DNA from: Blasia pusilla
Taxonomy: Eukaryota
Direction: 5' to 3'
Assembly (NCBI GenBank): GCA_050084515.1
Contig: CM114271.1
Span: forward strand, 24,056,001 to 24,120,000
Length of the DNA stretch: 64,000 bases
This document shows positions 13,900-30,539 of this stretch, piece after piece. The notes beneath the pieces are model-generated. The model ran no database searches. It was given only the letters and a program-made list of their open reading frames with translations, and was not told where the DNA came from. Each line of letters starts with the position of its first letter. The stretch's first letter is position 1. A program made the translations under genes and the position numbers.

Positions 13900-15390
13900 G
13901 TGGTCTTTATGTACCTTTGCGCATTTCCACCATCCTCATGCGCATCCACCTCTTAGATTGGCATCTTGTTCATGCACTTGGCACCATCCATCAAGAAGGA
14001 TCCCAAAACTCATCATGGCTATGATGATGGGTTTCTTGTCCGATGAGTGAAGACCAACACTATCATGTCTTGTGCCCAAAGAGTGTGGATGAATTAGCTC
14101 TTATGTGGCCTCATGCATTACGCCAATCCAAAGGCCCATCCAATTATAAGACTTGCATCTTTTTCATGTTTAGGGTTGTTCATGACACCATCCATCTGGA
14201 AGGATCGCTCGGTTCATCATGGAGGACATAATCATGATTTTCTTGTCAAATGGGGAAGGGAAGAAGGTCATATTTTTCAATGTATTATGTGTGATTCAAC
14301 ATTTATTTCCATATGTTGTTTCATGTTTTTCCATCATGTGAACCTGCACTCTCTTCTAAAATTTACCACTCATTGCGAATGCTCCGCAACTTCTCCGTCC
14401 GTACCCCTGGTAGCTCGCCTTCAACTCAACGAAAAACTCAACCATGGGATTGAATGTGGGACGAACCCAACTAGACGGTGCAACAGCTCGAGTACGAGTG
14501 ACCCCTCCTAAAACATCACTAGTGGAAGAGGAAGTAGCCTCTCCTGACTCCTCCTCCTCATCTAGGAACGGCTCCGTCCATGACACATAGTGTGGGTCAT
14601 AGCGGAGTCGCCATGCCTCAATATCTTGGGCATATCTATGGGAGAACTCATAGTAATCGTCCATGGGCGCCCCCTCTAAATGCTGGAACATACCGTTCCA
14701 TGCTCTGAACGGGTTGAACTCTCTAGAGTTCCTAGCCCCCTGTAAGCCACACCAACTCCTAAACTCTGCAATGAAATTGTGTAGCTCTATCGTGCCTACA
14801 TCACCGGAAAACTTACGCGGTCCTCTACCTCGGTTGTCCATCTTGTACGCCCAATTGGTAGGACCACTTAATGTGTACGATGGATCACTAACACACTCCT
14901 CTACACGCTCCCCCTTGTGTAAAGACGACACATAAGAAGATCAATGTGGTCTCTCATGTGGAGACCTTCGAAACCTCTCACCACTCCGGGTAAACCCTCC
15001 AGAGCTACTCTCAGGTCCACTACCTCGCCTCTCAAAATCCCGAAAGGACGCCGTGATGGCCCTCGTGCCCCTCTCACACGATCACTCTCAATCTCGCAAG
15101 TAATCCCTCAATCACTAAAACGAAACATGTGGCACTCTATCAACACTCTCTCACTGAGATGTGTGCTCTACGGCAATAAGCGGCGCAGTCCGGCAAATCA
15201 ACTGATCTATCATCTCATCCAGAAACCATCCTCAACTCTAGACATCCCACACACGTCTATATCCCTTAAACCCATACAACATAGATGCTCTCAACATCAG
15301 CATGAAACCCAATATCCCAAATACCTTCCCAATATCTGGAAATCTCTCACACGTGCAGGGTAAAAGACCAGAATGGGTAACCTGACAATA
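13900..15390 (-). mobile_element. LTR retrotransposon remnant: gag-like ORF 14356-14931 plus a probable LTR fragment up to ~15387
   Basis: 191-aa ORF with gag N-terminal-like motifs PRKFSGD..ELHNFIAEF..W and FQHLEGAPMDDY. The minus strand reads TGTCAGG at ~15387, an LTR-like start. No pol domains are visible. Confidence 0.5.
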
Positions 15391-16527
15391 ATGTCGATGT
15401 CGCTCCTCGGAAACTGCAAATCTTGATCCCAACTCGGTCGTGAAGAAAACTCCCCCAATCAGCAAGTCATATTCCTCTCGTACTAACGCTGCTCAAACCT
15501 CCTCAATGTGCGGTGTAGGTTCAGTGATTCAGTACGGCACTGGCGGCACGGATTGGCTACAAATGACACATCACTTGGGAATGGGATGCGGCACTCGGCG
15601 GCATACCCTCCTCAATCAGCAATTCACACGCTCTGCTCCTTAGTGAAGGAGTGGCTGCGCGATGCATTGACGGCCACAAGCGACCACTGGCGCGACACGT
15701 GAACGGCAATTGGCGGCGGCGTTGCGCACGGGCGTCGCGCCACGGACAATATTCGATCATCGTCGAGCGGCTACCAATCATAACATAGCAACATGAAATG
15801 AAAACTCCAACACCATAACCCGAGGTCACGTGCCATCACTGATTGATGACAAAGTTGCGACGACAGTGGCGGCCAAACCAAACTATGTGGTGGCGGCGTA
15901 AGTCAAAGAATCAAGAGTGGTCGTGGAACATCCTCCATTCCGTGATGGCGGCGGCAATGGCAACCAAAGGGTGGACAACGGCCAAATGCGGCTCTGAGTA
16001 GTGCTAGGTGGCGGCAGCGGCAGACGATGGACGGTGGATTGTTGACAGTGACGGTTGACAATTGATGGTGATGATAGACTGCTGATGGTGACGGTTGACC
16101 ATTGACCGTTGAACATTGACGGTGACTATGACGGCAACGGCTGCCGTCGGCGCGGCGGCTTGTTTAGGGTGTGAAAAATTTAACCCTAAAAATTGCCTAG
16201 CAATGAAAAATTTGCAAGGTTGACAATAATGTTTTCCTTGCAACTCCAAATTGTGCACCGTTTACTGCACACCATGCACAGCTTTATGATCTAAGACGGC
16301 GTCAAAAATTATTTTGAATAAGACATTCCAGTAAAAACTGACGGGGACTATCGTAAAGCCCAATGTCTCTTTCTCCTACACAAAATTTGGCAGCGCTTCC
16401 GTGCTGATTTCTCCCAACGAATATGTAAAACCTGTGAGAACACAAATCAACAAGCTACATGGTGCTTCCGAGAGCACCGGTGTCGTATAGTAAAATCAAC
16501 CAGTGTGTAAACTCCTTCGTCATTAAG

Positions 16528-17610
16528 TGTTAGATAGAGTTTCATTAGTATTAAGTAAATTGGCTTAGAAAAAGGAGATTCTTATGTTTAAACCTCTTTA
16601 TGGTGCCTCTTTTATGCGGGCCCAACTTTAGGAAAAGGAGGTAATAAATAAAAGATGACTTTATAAAAGTAAATTAGTTGCTTTAATGAAAAGCAAAAGT
16701 AGTCTTGGTTGGTGGCTAGGTTAGTTGGGATAATTTGGAAAATATCAAGTGGGTAAAAGAGGATATTTTGGAAGAGATAAGAGGAAATCTACTTGTGTCA
16801 AAATGTGATTGGCTAAGCCTTGAGAGGAAGCCATGTGGCACAAGATAAGATAAGCTCTATTTCGTACTCTTGTGGATCCCTTGTGAGTATATAAAGAGGA
16901 GGGACCTTCAAGGGTTCATCACCTTCTATTCCACATCTTGAGTCTCTCGTGTCTCTCTTGAGTGTATGGCTTTGGGATTGCTTGCTCTTCCAATGAGAGT
17001 GGATCGGCCCTCTTGGGAGAGTAATTTGATCATGGTCTATTCTTTGAGAGGTTTCTAGAGTGTGGTGTGTATGTGTGTGTGGGGATGAGAGGTTTGTCAC
17101 TGTAGAGGAGTTTAGTCATACTAAAATAGCGGATGTTTTGGCTTGTTACTTTCCCAATGAGAGTGGATTACCCCTTTTGGGAGAATAACTCCGCCAAAAC
17201 GAGGTCAAGCTGGTACAGGTGGCCCATTCTTGAGGAGAGTAGAGAATGTCAAGCATGGATAAGGATGGAGCATTTAGCCAGGCCCGACTTTCCTTTCCTC
17301 AATCCTTACCATGTCAAGGTACTCTTTGTAGATAGGCCTTTGGTTCACTCGCTATTTAGTTTATCACTTTGGAGGCGTTCATGAACCAGGTCATGCAATC
17401 TCCAACTCGGTGATTCTTCCTATCGTCACATATGGAAGGACATGGGATTGTACTTTGTATGTCCTTATATAGCGATCCATGGATGTCAATAGGCCTGGTC
17501 AAGTAGGGTTTAACACTAGTTGTGCTATCTTCCTCGTGTACAAACGTAAAATAGTTTATAGGGATTTTATAGTTAGGAATTTCGGGGTCCGATGTTACGA
17601 AGAAGTGATC
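16528..17610 (+). mobile_element. Probable solo or degenerate LTR
   Basis: TG start, TATAAA-like box at ~16889, internal direct repeat ccaatgagagtggat..ccc..ttgggaga at ~16990 and ~17154, and a gypsy-like ggggtccgatgttac end. No TSD confirmed. Confidence 0.35.
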
Positions 17611-18009
17611 GCCTCGGCACTTCCATTTGTGATACATTTGCCGTGAGAGAATGGAGAGTGTACATCATAATTTTGTATTGAAAAAGGAGAACTTATTAGA
17701 GAGTTCACCTTGCATCTACCACAGCTAGAAGGCGTGCCCTTGCTCGAAGAAAGATTCTCGACACGACACCGGAATGGAGCAATCCACCCTCATACTCAAT
17801 TCCTATCAAAAATTGGGCAGCGCTTTCGCGTGCCACTCTCCCGTACAAAAAATCAGCAAAGCAAAACAACCAACTCAAACGACTCTTGCGCCAGTGAGCA
17901 CTCCCATGAGCCATGAAGCGAGGAACATGGTCCCCCAACCTGCACCAAACATCGAGCAACCAGCAAGCTCCCCCATGAAGCTCTCTTACTCACTCATTCT
18001 CTCTTTGTA

Positions 18010-18523
18010 AAATAAGATCCAATTTCTTTCACAACACCATAGTTCTCACATGTGTGCACTGTCACATGTCTCTCTCAATGTCAAACCAAACTCACTCTCC
18101 TAATGAGAGGCTTGGGTTACACTCACAAGGCAAGGGACCATAGCTCTGCCGCCTTGTCCGAAGAGGTTCAACAACGAGAGAATGAGCTCTCAAACTCTCT
18201 CTCCTTGAGGTATACCCCTCCCTTCTCCCAAGCTCTCCCCATGGTAACCTTTGCTCACAAGTCCCCTCCTTGGCTCTTGACCTGATGTAGGAGGTTAAAG
18301 GCCACTTATCAAAAATAGAAAGTCTATCATATACTCAAAATGGTAATTACCTAAAATAGTAAGTTTCTCAATATCGCTCCAAATGAGCCGAAACGAAGGG
18401 GAAACCTGCTCTCTCAGGTTTCCCGGGGCCTCATTAGGCAAACCTCAACCTCCTGAGTCTTTCCTCCACTACTCATAAAGTTGCTCTACTATATCTCATC
18501 GATCTATCCTAAAAGACGTGACA
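18010..18523 (-). mobile_element. Partial LTR of the family also found at 20881-25995 and 60611-61241
   Basis: About 500 bp alignable by eye with 60740-61241 (ctctcctaatgagaggcttgggttacac...gaggttcaaca..gagagaatgagctctcaaact...ctatcctaaaaga.rtgaca). Confidence 0.8.
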
Positions 18524-21028
18524 GCTAACTCTGTTGGGCCATTTGCTCAATCATCAACTTCATCAAGTCTATCATATGGACATAGAGGGCCAAGAAACCT
18601 GAGTTTAGAGTTGAAGGCCCCGCGGAAAGATTTTTGTTAGGGACATCCTCATTTTTGGAGCTCAACGCTTCAACGGTCGCTCTCTGCTCCTCTAGCTTGC
18701 AATCAATCATTAGTTTGTCTCTCGACTTATCTTTTCTTAGCTCGTGGCTTCCTTGGTTCTTCGCCCTTGGTCACCATTCTCGAGTCCTTGCCTTCTCTGA
18801 TCTCCTCCTTGTCTCTTGCATTGCTCCCCAAGCATCGAGGTCTCCCTATTTCCTTGAATTCTTCTCAAACGTCCAAATCTCCCATGATCCCAAGTTCACA
18901 CTCATCGAGGATAAGCTCTCATGTCACGTATCATGCACCTACTCTCCTTGAACATAAATATTTAGTGTTGCGGAAACGTGTGTTCAATAGGACATGCTCT
19001 TATTGCTAATATGCACCCAAATATGCACTCATGTTAGTCGGGTTTGGGTCGATCAGCATTCCATCTCACCGACGTCTTTCATAGGAATGGGGCGGTGAGA
19101 TGATGGAACTAGGAAGGTTGAGCTATGTGAGGGTTTAGAAGGTGGAATACTTCATGATCTTGTGCATTTTCTGAGATCATTGGTGCATTGGAAGAGACTT
19201 CATACAATCTTTCTAATACAACCTTCCTTGTCCCAAACGTATCTTGGGACTAAACGATATGGTCCAAAACACAATCAAAACCCCAAACGCACGTCGCGTT
19301 TCGAATATGATCCTCACCTCTTTTGCAACCAACCATCCTAGACTCGACTCATCTCAAGTCTTGCTTCATGTCTGGTCCAGGTTTCTTGGTCATGACCATA
19401 AACGCATGAAACGTACAAACTTTATTCGCGCGTTTGGTCTCCTCTCGATCAAGAGACCTCTCAAAAGCGCAATCATCCTAGCGTGAGCCCGCTAAAGTTT
19501 TGATGTTCTGCTTGGCATTTGTTTGGTCATGAGGATCGCGACACTCTTAGAACTAGTTTATAGTTCACTAAGCATTCACATCCTTTCTTATAGAAACTCT
19601 TGTAAGGGGTTCAATCTCAAGATCCAAAATAAAGATAACTAAAGATACTCATCTCCACCACTAAAACCATTGATGCTTCAATGATCTTTTAATCTTAGAA
19701 TGCTTGCTACCTTGCATGGGTAGCTCCAAATATCCATATTAGGTTCTTTTTCTTGTCTCCACATTTGAAAGTAAGTCTCCATGAGTGGTTGTTAAGTATA
19801 GAGTGATTTTTGTCTTACTCAAGTCCTCAAACCTTGAAAGCATGTAGTCAATACCATACCATAGCACTCTAAGGCAAAATGTTCCGCATATGATTCCTAA
19901 CCTACCTCACAATATACTTTTGGGATGGGTACCCTAAGGAATTAATTTCAAGCTATCCTTGGACTATCGTATGAAGAGGCATTGCTTACCAACTTGCATC
20001 AATTGTTCTCTACACACATTTGAGATAAGTCTATCAGATGAAGAAAGATTCTCAATTGTCATTGATTTTATTCCGTTCTTCCCCTTAAAGTTGGTTTTCT
20101 TTCCATTTTCATGATGATAACTTATAATAATTATTACATCATTCTTATTGGAATAGAGGGTATCTATAGGGCATAACAAAAGAGATCAAACATCCACTCC
20201 GTTTCACCGTGGATGACCTATTGGGGATGTGGGAAACCTACATTTGCATGTTTCCGTAGTTTATGGTTATTTTAAGGAGCTCCTCCAAACTTTACATTTC
20301 AAATAAGTTCAAAATGCCATTTGACTTGCTCTTGTGGATTAGAGTTGAAGAGCTGACCTATGCATATGCCACCATGGAAAGCATGAGAGAGAGGGAGAGG
20401 ATCTACCGCAAGGAGGAAAAGCTTGGAGAACTCATTCTCTCCTTGAAAAAAGACTCAAAGAGTTATACTCCTCTATACCTTGTAAGCAATATAAGTATTC
20501 AAAGAACAAAAGTATGGTTTGACACGAGAAAGAAGGTTTGGATCTTTTTATTTTTGAATATCTTTACTGAAGTAGATAAGACTCTATTGTGAAGGAATTC
20601 TTCAACTTACTCTACCTATTTTGCAGAATTAGTGACGATGTTAACATAAATAAAGTAATTTTCTCTAAAGTCCTTAAATCTCTTCATCATAAGTTGCTCC
20701 CACCTATTCTCCAAGAATATTGAAATAGTGTCTTTTAACAACAATCTCAATACCTCCTCACAAAAAAACTCCCCTAGCAAACCTCATTGCACTTAAATTG
20801 TTGATCTTAATCTATCTACAAGTTTCAACCCTAGAGGCAGTCTTCTATTCATCCAATAATACACTTTCTTCCTTCAACCTTATCATGCAAAGACATAATG
20901 TTGCACAACATACATCGTTATTACCAATTTCACATAGAAATACACAAGATGTCATAATCATATTCATGGCATCTCAACACCAAGTCGATTGTGTACCAAA
21001 ATATCTCCAATAAATTAGGATCACTCAA

Positions 21029-25536
<4,508 letters not shown>

Positions 25537-25582
<46 letters not shown>
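25537..25582. repeat. (TC)n microsatellite, about 23 units, at the LINE 3' junction
   Basis: Seen directly. Confidence 0.98.
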
Positions 25583-25585
<3 letters not shown>

Positions 25586-28157
25586 AAATCAAACCTACTC
25601 TCCTAATGAGAGATTTGGATTACTCACAAGGTAGGGAGGAACGTTGTTCCGCCGTCTCATGTCAAGAGGTTCAACAAAGAAGTATAAGCTCCAAAGCTCC
25701 CTCTCCTTGGATATACCCCTTTCCCTCTCTCAAGTTCTCTCCATGATAACCTATGTTTATAGATAACCTCCTCAGCTCTTGACCTAGTGTAGGGGGTCAA
25801 GAGAAAATTACCAAAGTAGAAACTGAACTATATTTTTCAATAAACACTTACTCAAAATAACAAGTTTCTCTACATAATGCTACATGAGCCAAAATGGGGA
25901 AACATGTACTCTCAAGTTACTTGAGGCCTCAATAAGTCATCCTTGTCCTCTTGAACACTACAAATACTAGTTGATCCATCCTAAAAGACATGACAACCTT
26001 AACTCGACATATATGTTACTACTAGTGAACCATCGATTCAAGTCTTTTCACTCTAATATGACAACATAAGTCTATGAGAGATAGCCTCATCCTTACTAAA
26101 TCTTGATGTGTTTTGTTTTTTCTAAGGGATTGCACTCTCTACATGAAAATGTTCAATTATGTCACTACAATTCAAGGCAAGAACATGAAGGAAAATCAAC
26201 AACAATTTATATGCTTGCGCTACTCTAGTGAGAAGAGAAAGTAGTCTACTCTAAAAATTGAAATCAATGCAATCTTGTTGAAATTGGACTCTGGTCTAGA
26301 AATTGAATTATCTCAATTGATGTTGTAAGCATCTCATGGCTCATGTATGGGTGGACCCAACTTTGCAAATGTTCCAAGTAATCTAGTGAAAGAATTTCTA
26401 GAAAGACATTATATAATCCAACAACTTTAAAATTCACTTGAAGACATAAATAAAATAGAAAAATTGTTATCTACATCTATGATACAAAGAATTTGTTACA
26501 CTACATGTGTGGTGTAGCAGGATTAAAGGTAGGGAAATGGGAGGAACCAATGAAAGCAGTAGACATTTTTTTAAATCAAAATATGACTTAAGATGTTGGA
26601 TATTTTTGGTAAGCTCTACAAAAGGAGAATCATAATGTGATAACACTCTACACATATTGAATATCTAACGCTGAACAAGCAAAAAGCTAACGCAAAAATT
26701 CTATTGATAATTTTCGAGAAAATTAATTTCATTGATTGGAAAATTAGATGTCATTTCCTTAATTTATTTCGAAAAAAGATTGTCTTTATTTTTCTAACTT
26801 CGTCCGGGTAAAATAAAAGAAAATCAATCTCATCATCTCGAAATAGAATTCTTGTACTCTCCTTCATCAATCATTTATTCAAACTTTTTTCAATTTCTTT
26901 GAAAAGCCTCCTTGAAATTTCAAATTTTCACTATTTTTATAACACTCACACATTTCCTGATTTTTTCCTCTCCATCTAGATTATCCGCATGTAAACTACT
27001 TACCTTCTCTCCCACACTTCACAGAGGGCCAATGATTGGTTGTCCCAGTAAGCATCATGAGGCTTTCGCTGCCACATGTTCGCTTGAGAGAACCGCTCAG
27101 GAGACAGGTGTCAACCGCCCGAGAGTGACGTGTGGCAGCAGGAAGAAGTCGTGCAGACGGCCCCAAGAACACCACCACCAGAGCCAACCTTGAACCTTGA
27201 AAAGCTGCGCAGCCGAACGGAAGCGAAGCACGAAGGGATTGAGATGCGGTCGGAGTGCTTGATGGGGTTGCGAATTATCAGCCGTAGCACCGACTCTTCT
27301 GCCCTTCATCATCAGAGGAGTCGATTGCACTCCGCCGGAAGGGCGAGGCGCGCGTGTTTGCATCAGACCCCCGAGAAAGCGCAGCATCTTGTCACGTCGG
27401 TGAGCCACTTTGGAAGAACCCAATGGCTGCAGCTGTGAATATCGGCTCTCCCATCAGCCTTGGAGCTTGTCCGGCGTCACGAAATCTCATTTTCATCTTC
27501 CGAGGGAGTACAGGGGCTAACAGCCCTTAAACTCCTTGTCTACCAGTGGCTCATGGATGATGGGAACTACCCTGAATTTTCCACATCTTGCCCATTATTC
27601 TGTGGTCCCTTTTTTTGAAATTACAGGTAGGGAACAAGTAACGTCTGACGCCAGTGCTTTCTTTAATCGACCGTGGATCGTATTTCTCAATGCACTCATA
27701 AACATTACGGTCCAGGACTTGTAGCATTGGGGATAGCATCAGATGATCTCAACGACACCGCGGCTTGCAACACAAGCTGGCGGCAGGAGCTCTCACTGGG
27801 AGTCACAAGCAGCTAGGATGAGTCCCGACCACAGGCAGAGAAGAGAAATGCTTATACGTTGATCTTATGCTCCATTTCTAATTCCGGGATTTCTGACAGA
27901 TGGGAGAGGAGGCTTTCAGATTTACATTTTACAAAAGTACAGAGTTGCCATGTGGTCTCTCTAAAGACTTCGTGTGTGAGATTTGAAGCGGAACCCTTTC
28001 GTAGAGCAACGCATAATCGCCAAGTTAATCAGATCAATCTTGTTCTTTTACCTTTGCCTTCGATCAATCTGACTTCAAATCAGTATGAAAACACTCCACA
28101 CTAGTTGAGCTGTATGTCCGCCAGACAAGGGCTCCAAAGGAGTCCATTCCGGCCTGC

Positions 28158-30539
28158 TCACTTACTGACACTTTCCTGTCGACTGGGAGGGGTCCGTCCC
28201 TTGTGTTTTAGCTGCAACAATGAGGGCTGAAAATCAGTGAGAGATATTTTTCTCGCAGTTATCGACACTACTCACAATGTCCTCCACCGTCTCATGAAAT
28301 ATGATTGAGAGACATGTAAAATAATTTTGACACGGTGTAAACTGAGACGGCATCTGCTACTTTCTTCACAAGACCAAATCTCTTATCTGAAAGTAGAAAG
28401 AGAAAAGGAAATTGATCTGCGTTTACGGTGTCGTGTTTGTGAAGCAGATCAAACATCACCATTCACTAGAATATGCAATTGACTTACTATCTATAGTCCT
28501 GAAAAATCGTCACTTGACCCACGAACAGACAAGGAGCTGGCTGTGCTGTGGAGGGAAAGAATTAGCTTTACCTCTATCTGATGGCGTTCTTGCAATTTGG
28601 CTAGTATCTGTTCCAACTCCGATACTTCAGCTTGCATCGCAGAGGACTCTTCTCTTGCATCAAACAGTAATAGCTCTGCTGGGTTGTTCAGATTTCTGCA
28701 GACAAAAAGCTAAGTATCAGAGTCAATGAAACCTGACGTAAAGATATGCTCAGCTCTTGGTAATCTCACTTGGAAGTACGTCGGCAGAAGTGAGCTAGTA
28801 CTGTTCCTGTAAGCAGCAACATCCTACACTGGAGTTCCTACTGCTCACTCTACATCCTCTGGCTCGAGAAGGTCTTTGACTCGTGTACGGTGAAACTGAA
28901 ACTTCGTTCATATGGAATAAGCATCGAAACAGGAGAATCTTTCACGGCTTGCAGATTTGGTCTCAGAGTCCTCCATAGAGCCATATTGAATACCTTGATT
29001 GACTGCTTGACGGTACGGCGTCAAGCTTTGCCTTAAACTTCTCCAGATATTCTTGTTTATGAAACAGGGCATTGTAAATGACCTCCGCGTTACGGGCCCA
29101 GAAGTAATAAGAGACGGCTCCTGAAACAGCGAGAACCAGAAAGCAGCGTCCCGTCACCTCGCGGTACACTTGGGTTTGAATGGTTACCAGCGATAGCAAA
29201 AAGAGAAAGAGTGAAAGGATGCCACCATTGATAATCAATCTGCAAGGAAAGCAGGAGCAGAACCATAAATCCTGCCATCAGTATTACGCAAGTAGCACGA
29301 TAAATCTCACTTCCTCCTTCAACTCCGAAATCTATGGGAGGGTTGAAGCCCAACGGGCGGCCGCCACAACCTTCGATTTGACAAAATATATCATCGAGAA
29401 CCAGTGGGGATCAACCAGTTGGCACTTTCAAAAACTAATTCAGATACCGTTACTGCTCTAGAGAATTGGTCTCCATAAAATGCAGCTTTTATCTTTTGAA
29501 ACAGTGTTCCTCGGATCGGCTCGTTCGGAAAACGTCCTGTGAGTAAGTCTGTCCCAGACGACGTGACCAATCACTCGATTCGGAAGAGATTACTTACTTG
29601 AACTCGTTGTATATAGGTCTCACATTTCGAAGACTGATACCAAGCGCGACAAAGATACAAAAGTATAGGGGGAAGATACTGAGCAAGCCGATGGACCATC
29701 CGCGTTTGATAGTGCAGTCTCCCTCAGCTCTGCCATGACTGTCAGGCCCTGGGTTTCCCGTAGCCTGAAATCTGCACAACTGATAGGCACGTGAATCCGT
29801 GTTTCCAATACTTCATGAATGGAATTCACAATCGTCCCCAGAAGACGAGGACCACAGTGGCCACGGAACCATGGTCTGCCGGAGAAGGTCCAACTCCTGG
29901 GCACTCTCATAGTCCGGATACTCACAAGTGTGTTTGAAACTCGATGTGCTAAAATTGAGAAGCAAAGCGTACCCAACATCATTAAGCACAGATGGCATCC
30001 AAGAAGGAGGCAAGAGTTTCGGAGGGAGTGCAAGTATTAAGGTACCTGCTAGCCCGAAAGGCGGAGGCAACGATGCAAAAGACGATGATGGGAGAGAGCA
30101 GCACCAGCAAAGCAACCGTGACACACTTCACAGCGCCACGCTTCAGGATCAAAATGAAGAAGAGATTGATGAGACGCAGTATGAGGCAATTGAGCCACAG
30201 AGCAAACCCGAAGCAGGCCTGCATCCAGAACGTCCACAGGGGACATAAGGTCCAAACTGTGCTCTCACGCCGGCCGAAGTGATTGTTGACCACCAGTGTG
30301 GCTCCGACCCACACCAAACCCCCGAGAGAGCTAATTACAGTCAAGTCCACACTTTTCGACTTGATTGGCGGATAGCGCCGGTTCAACACCATCACGACAT
30401 TGCCCAGGACGAACGGAATCGTGCACACACTGATAAAAGCTCCGGTGATGTAATCCAACGGCCGCCCTGGTGGATCTGATAGGGCTCTCCCAGGCTCAGG
30501 GACAACATATTCAGATTTGCAAGCGACGCTCAAAATCAT
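28158..30539 (-). CDS. Seven-transmembrane protein homologous to the 7TM region of plant RGS1, with no RGS domain seen. Exons 30046-30539, 29598-29771, 28994-29239, 28572-28695, 28158-28211 (~363 aa; last two exons tentative)
   Basis: Phase-consistent GT-AG splicing. PLDYITGAFISVC...WTLCPLWTFWMQACFGFALWLNCLILRLINLFFILILKR parallels the recalled RGS1 sequence CPSDYVAVAIS...[42 protein letters not shown] parallels RHVEFRFDELR. About seven hydrophobic segments are followed by a heptad-rich tail (AMQAEVSELEQILAKLQERHQIELK). Confidence 0.78.

Noticed and set aside
18525-19500. gag-like coding remnant next to the LTR
   Set aside because: Too decayed to assign; only weak compositional hints.
26912-27740. 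RGS-domain exons or a separate gene
   Set aside because: No frame resembles an RGS box or any known protein, and no convincing splice chain was found.
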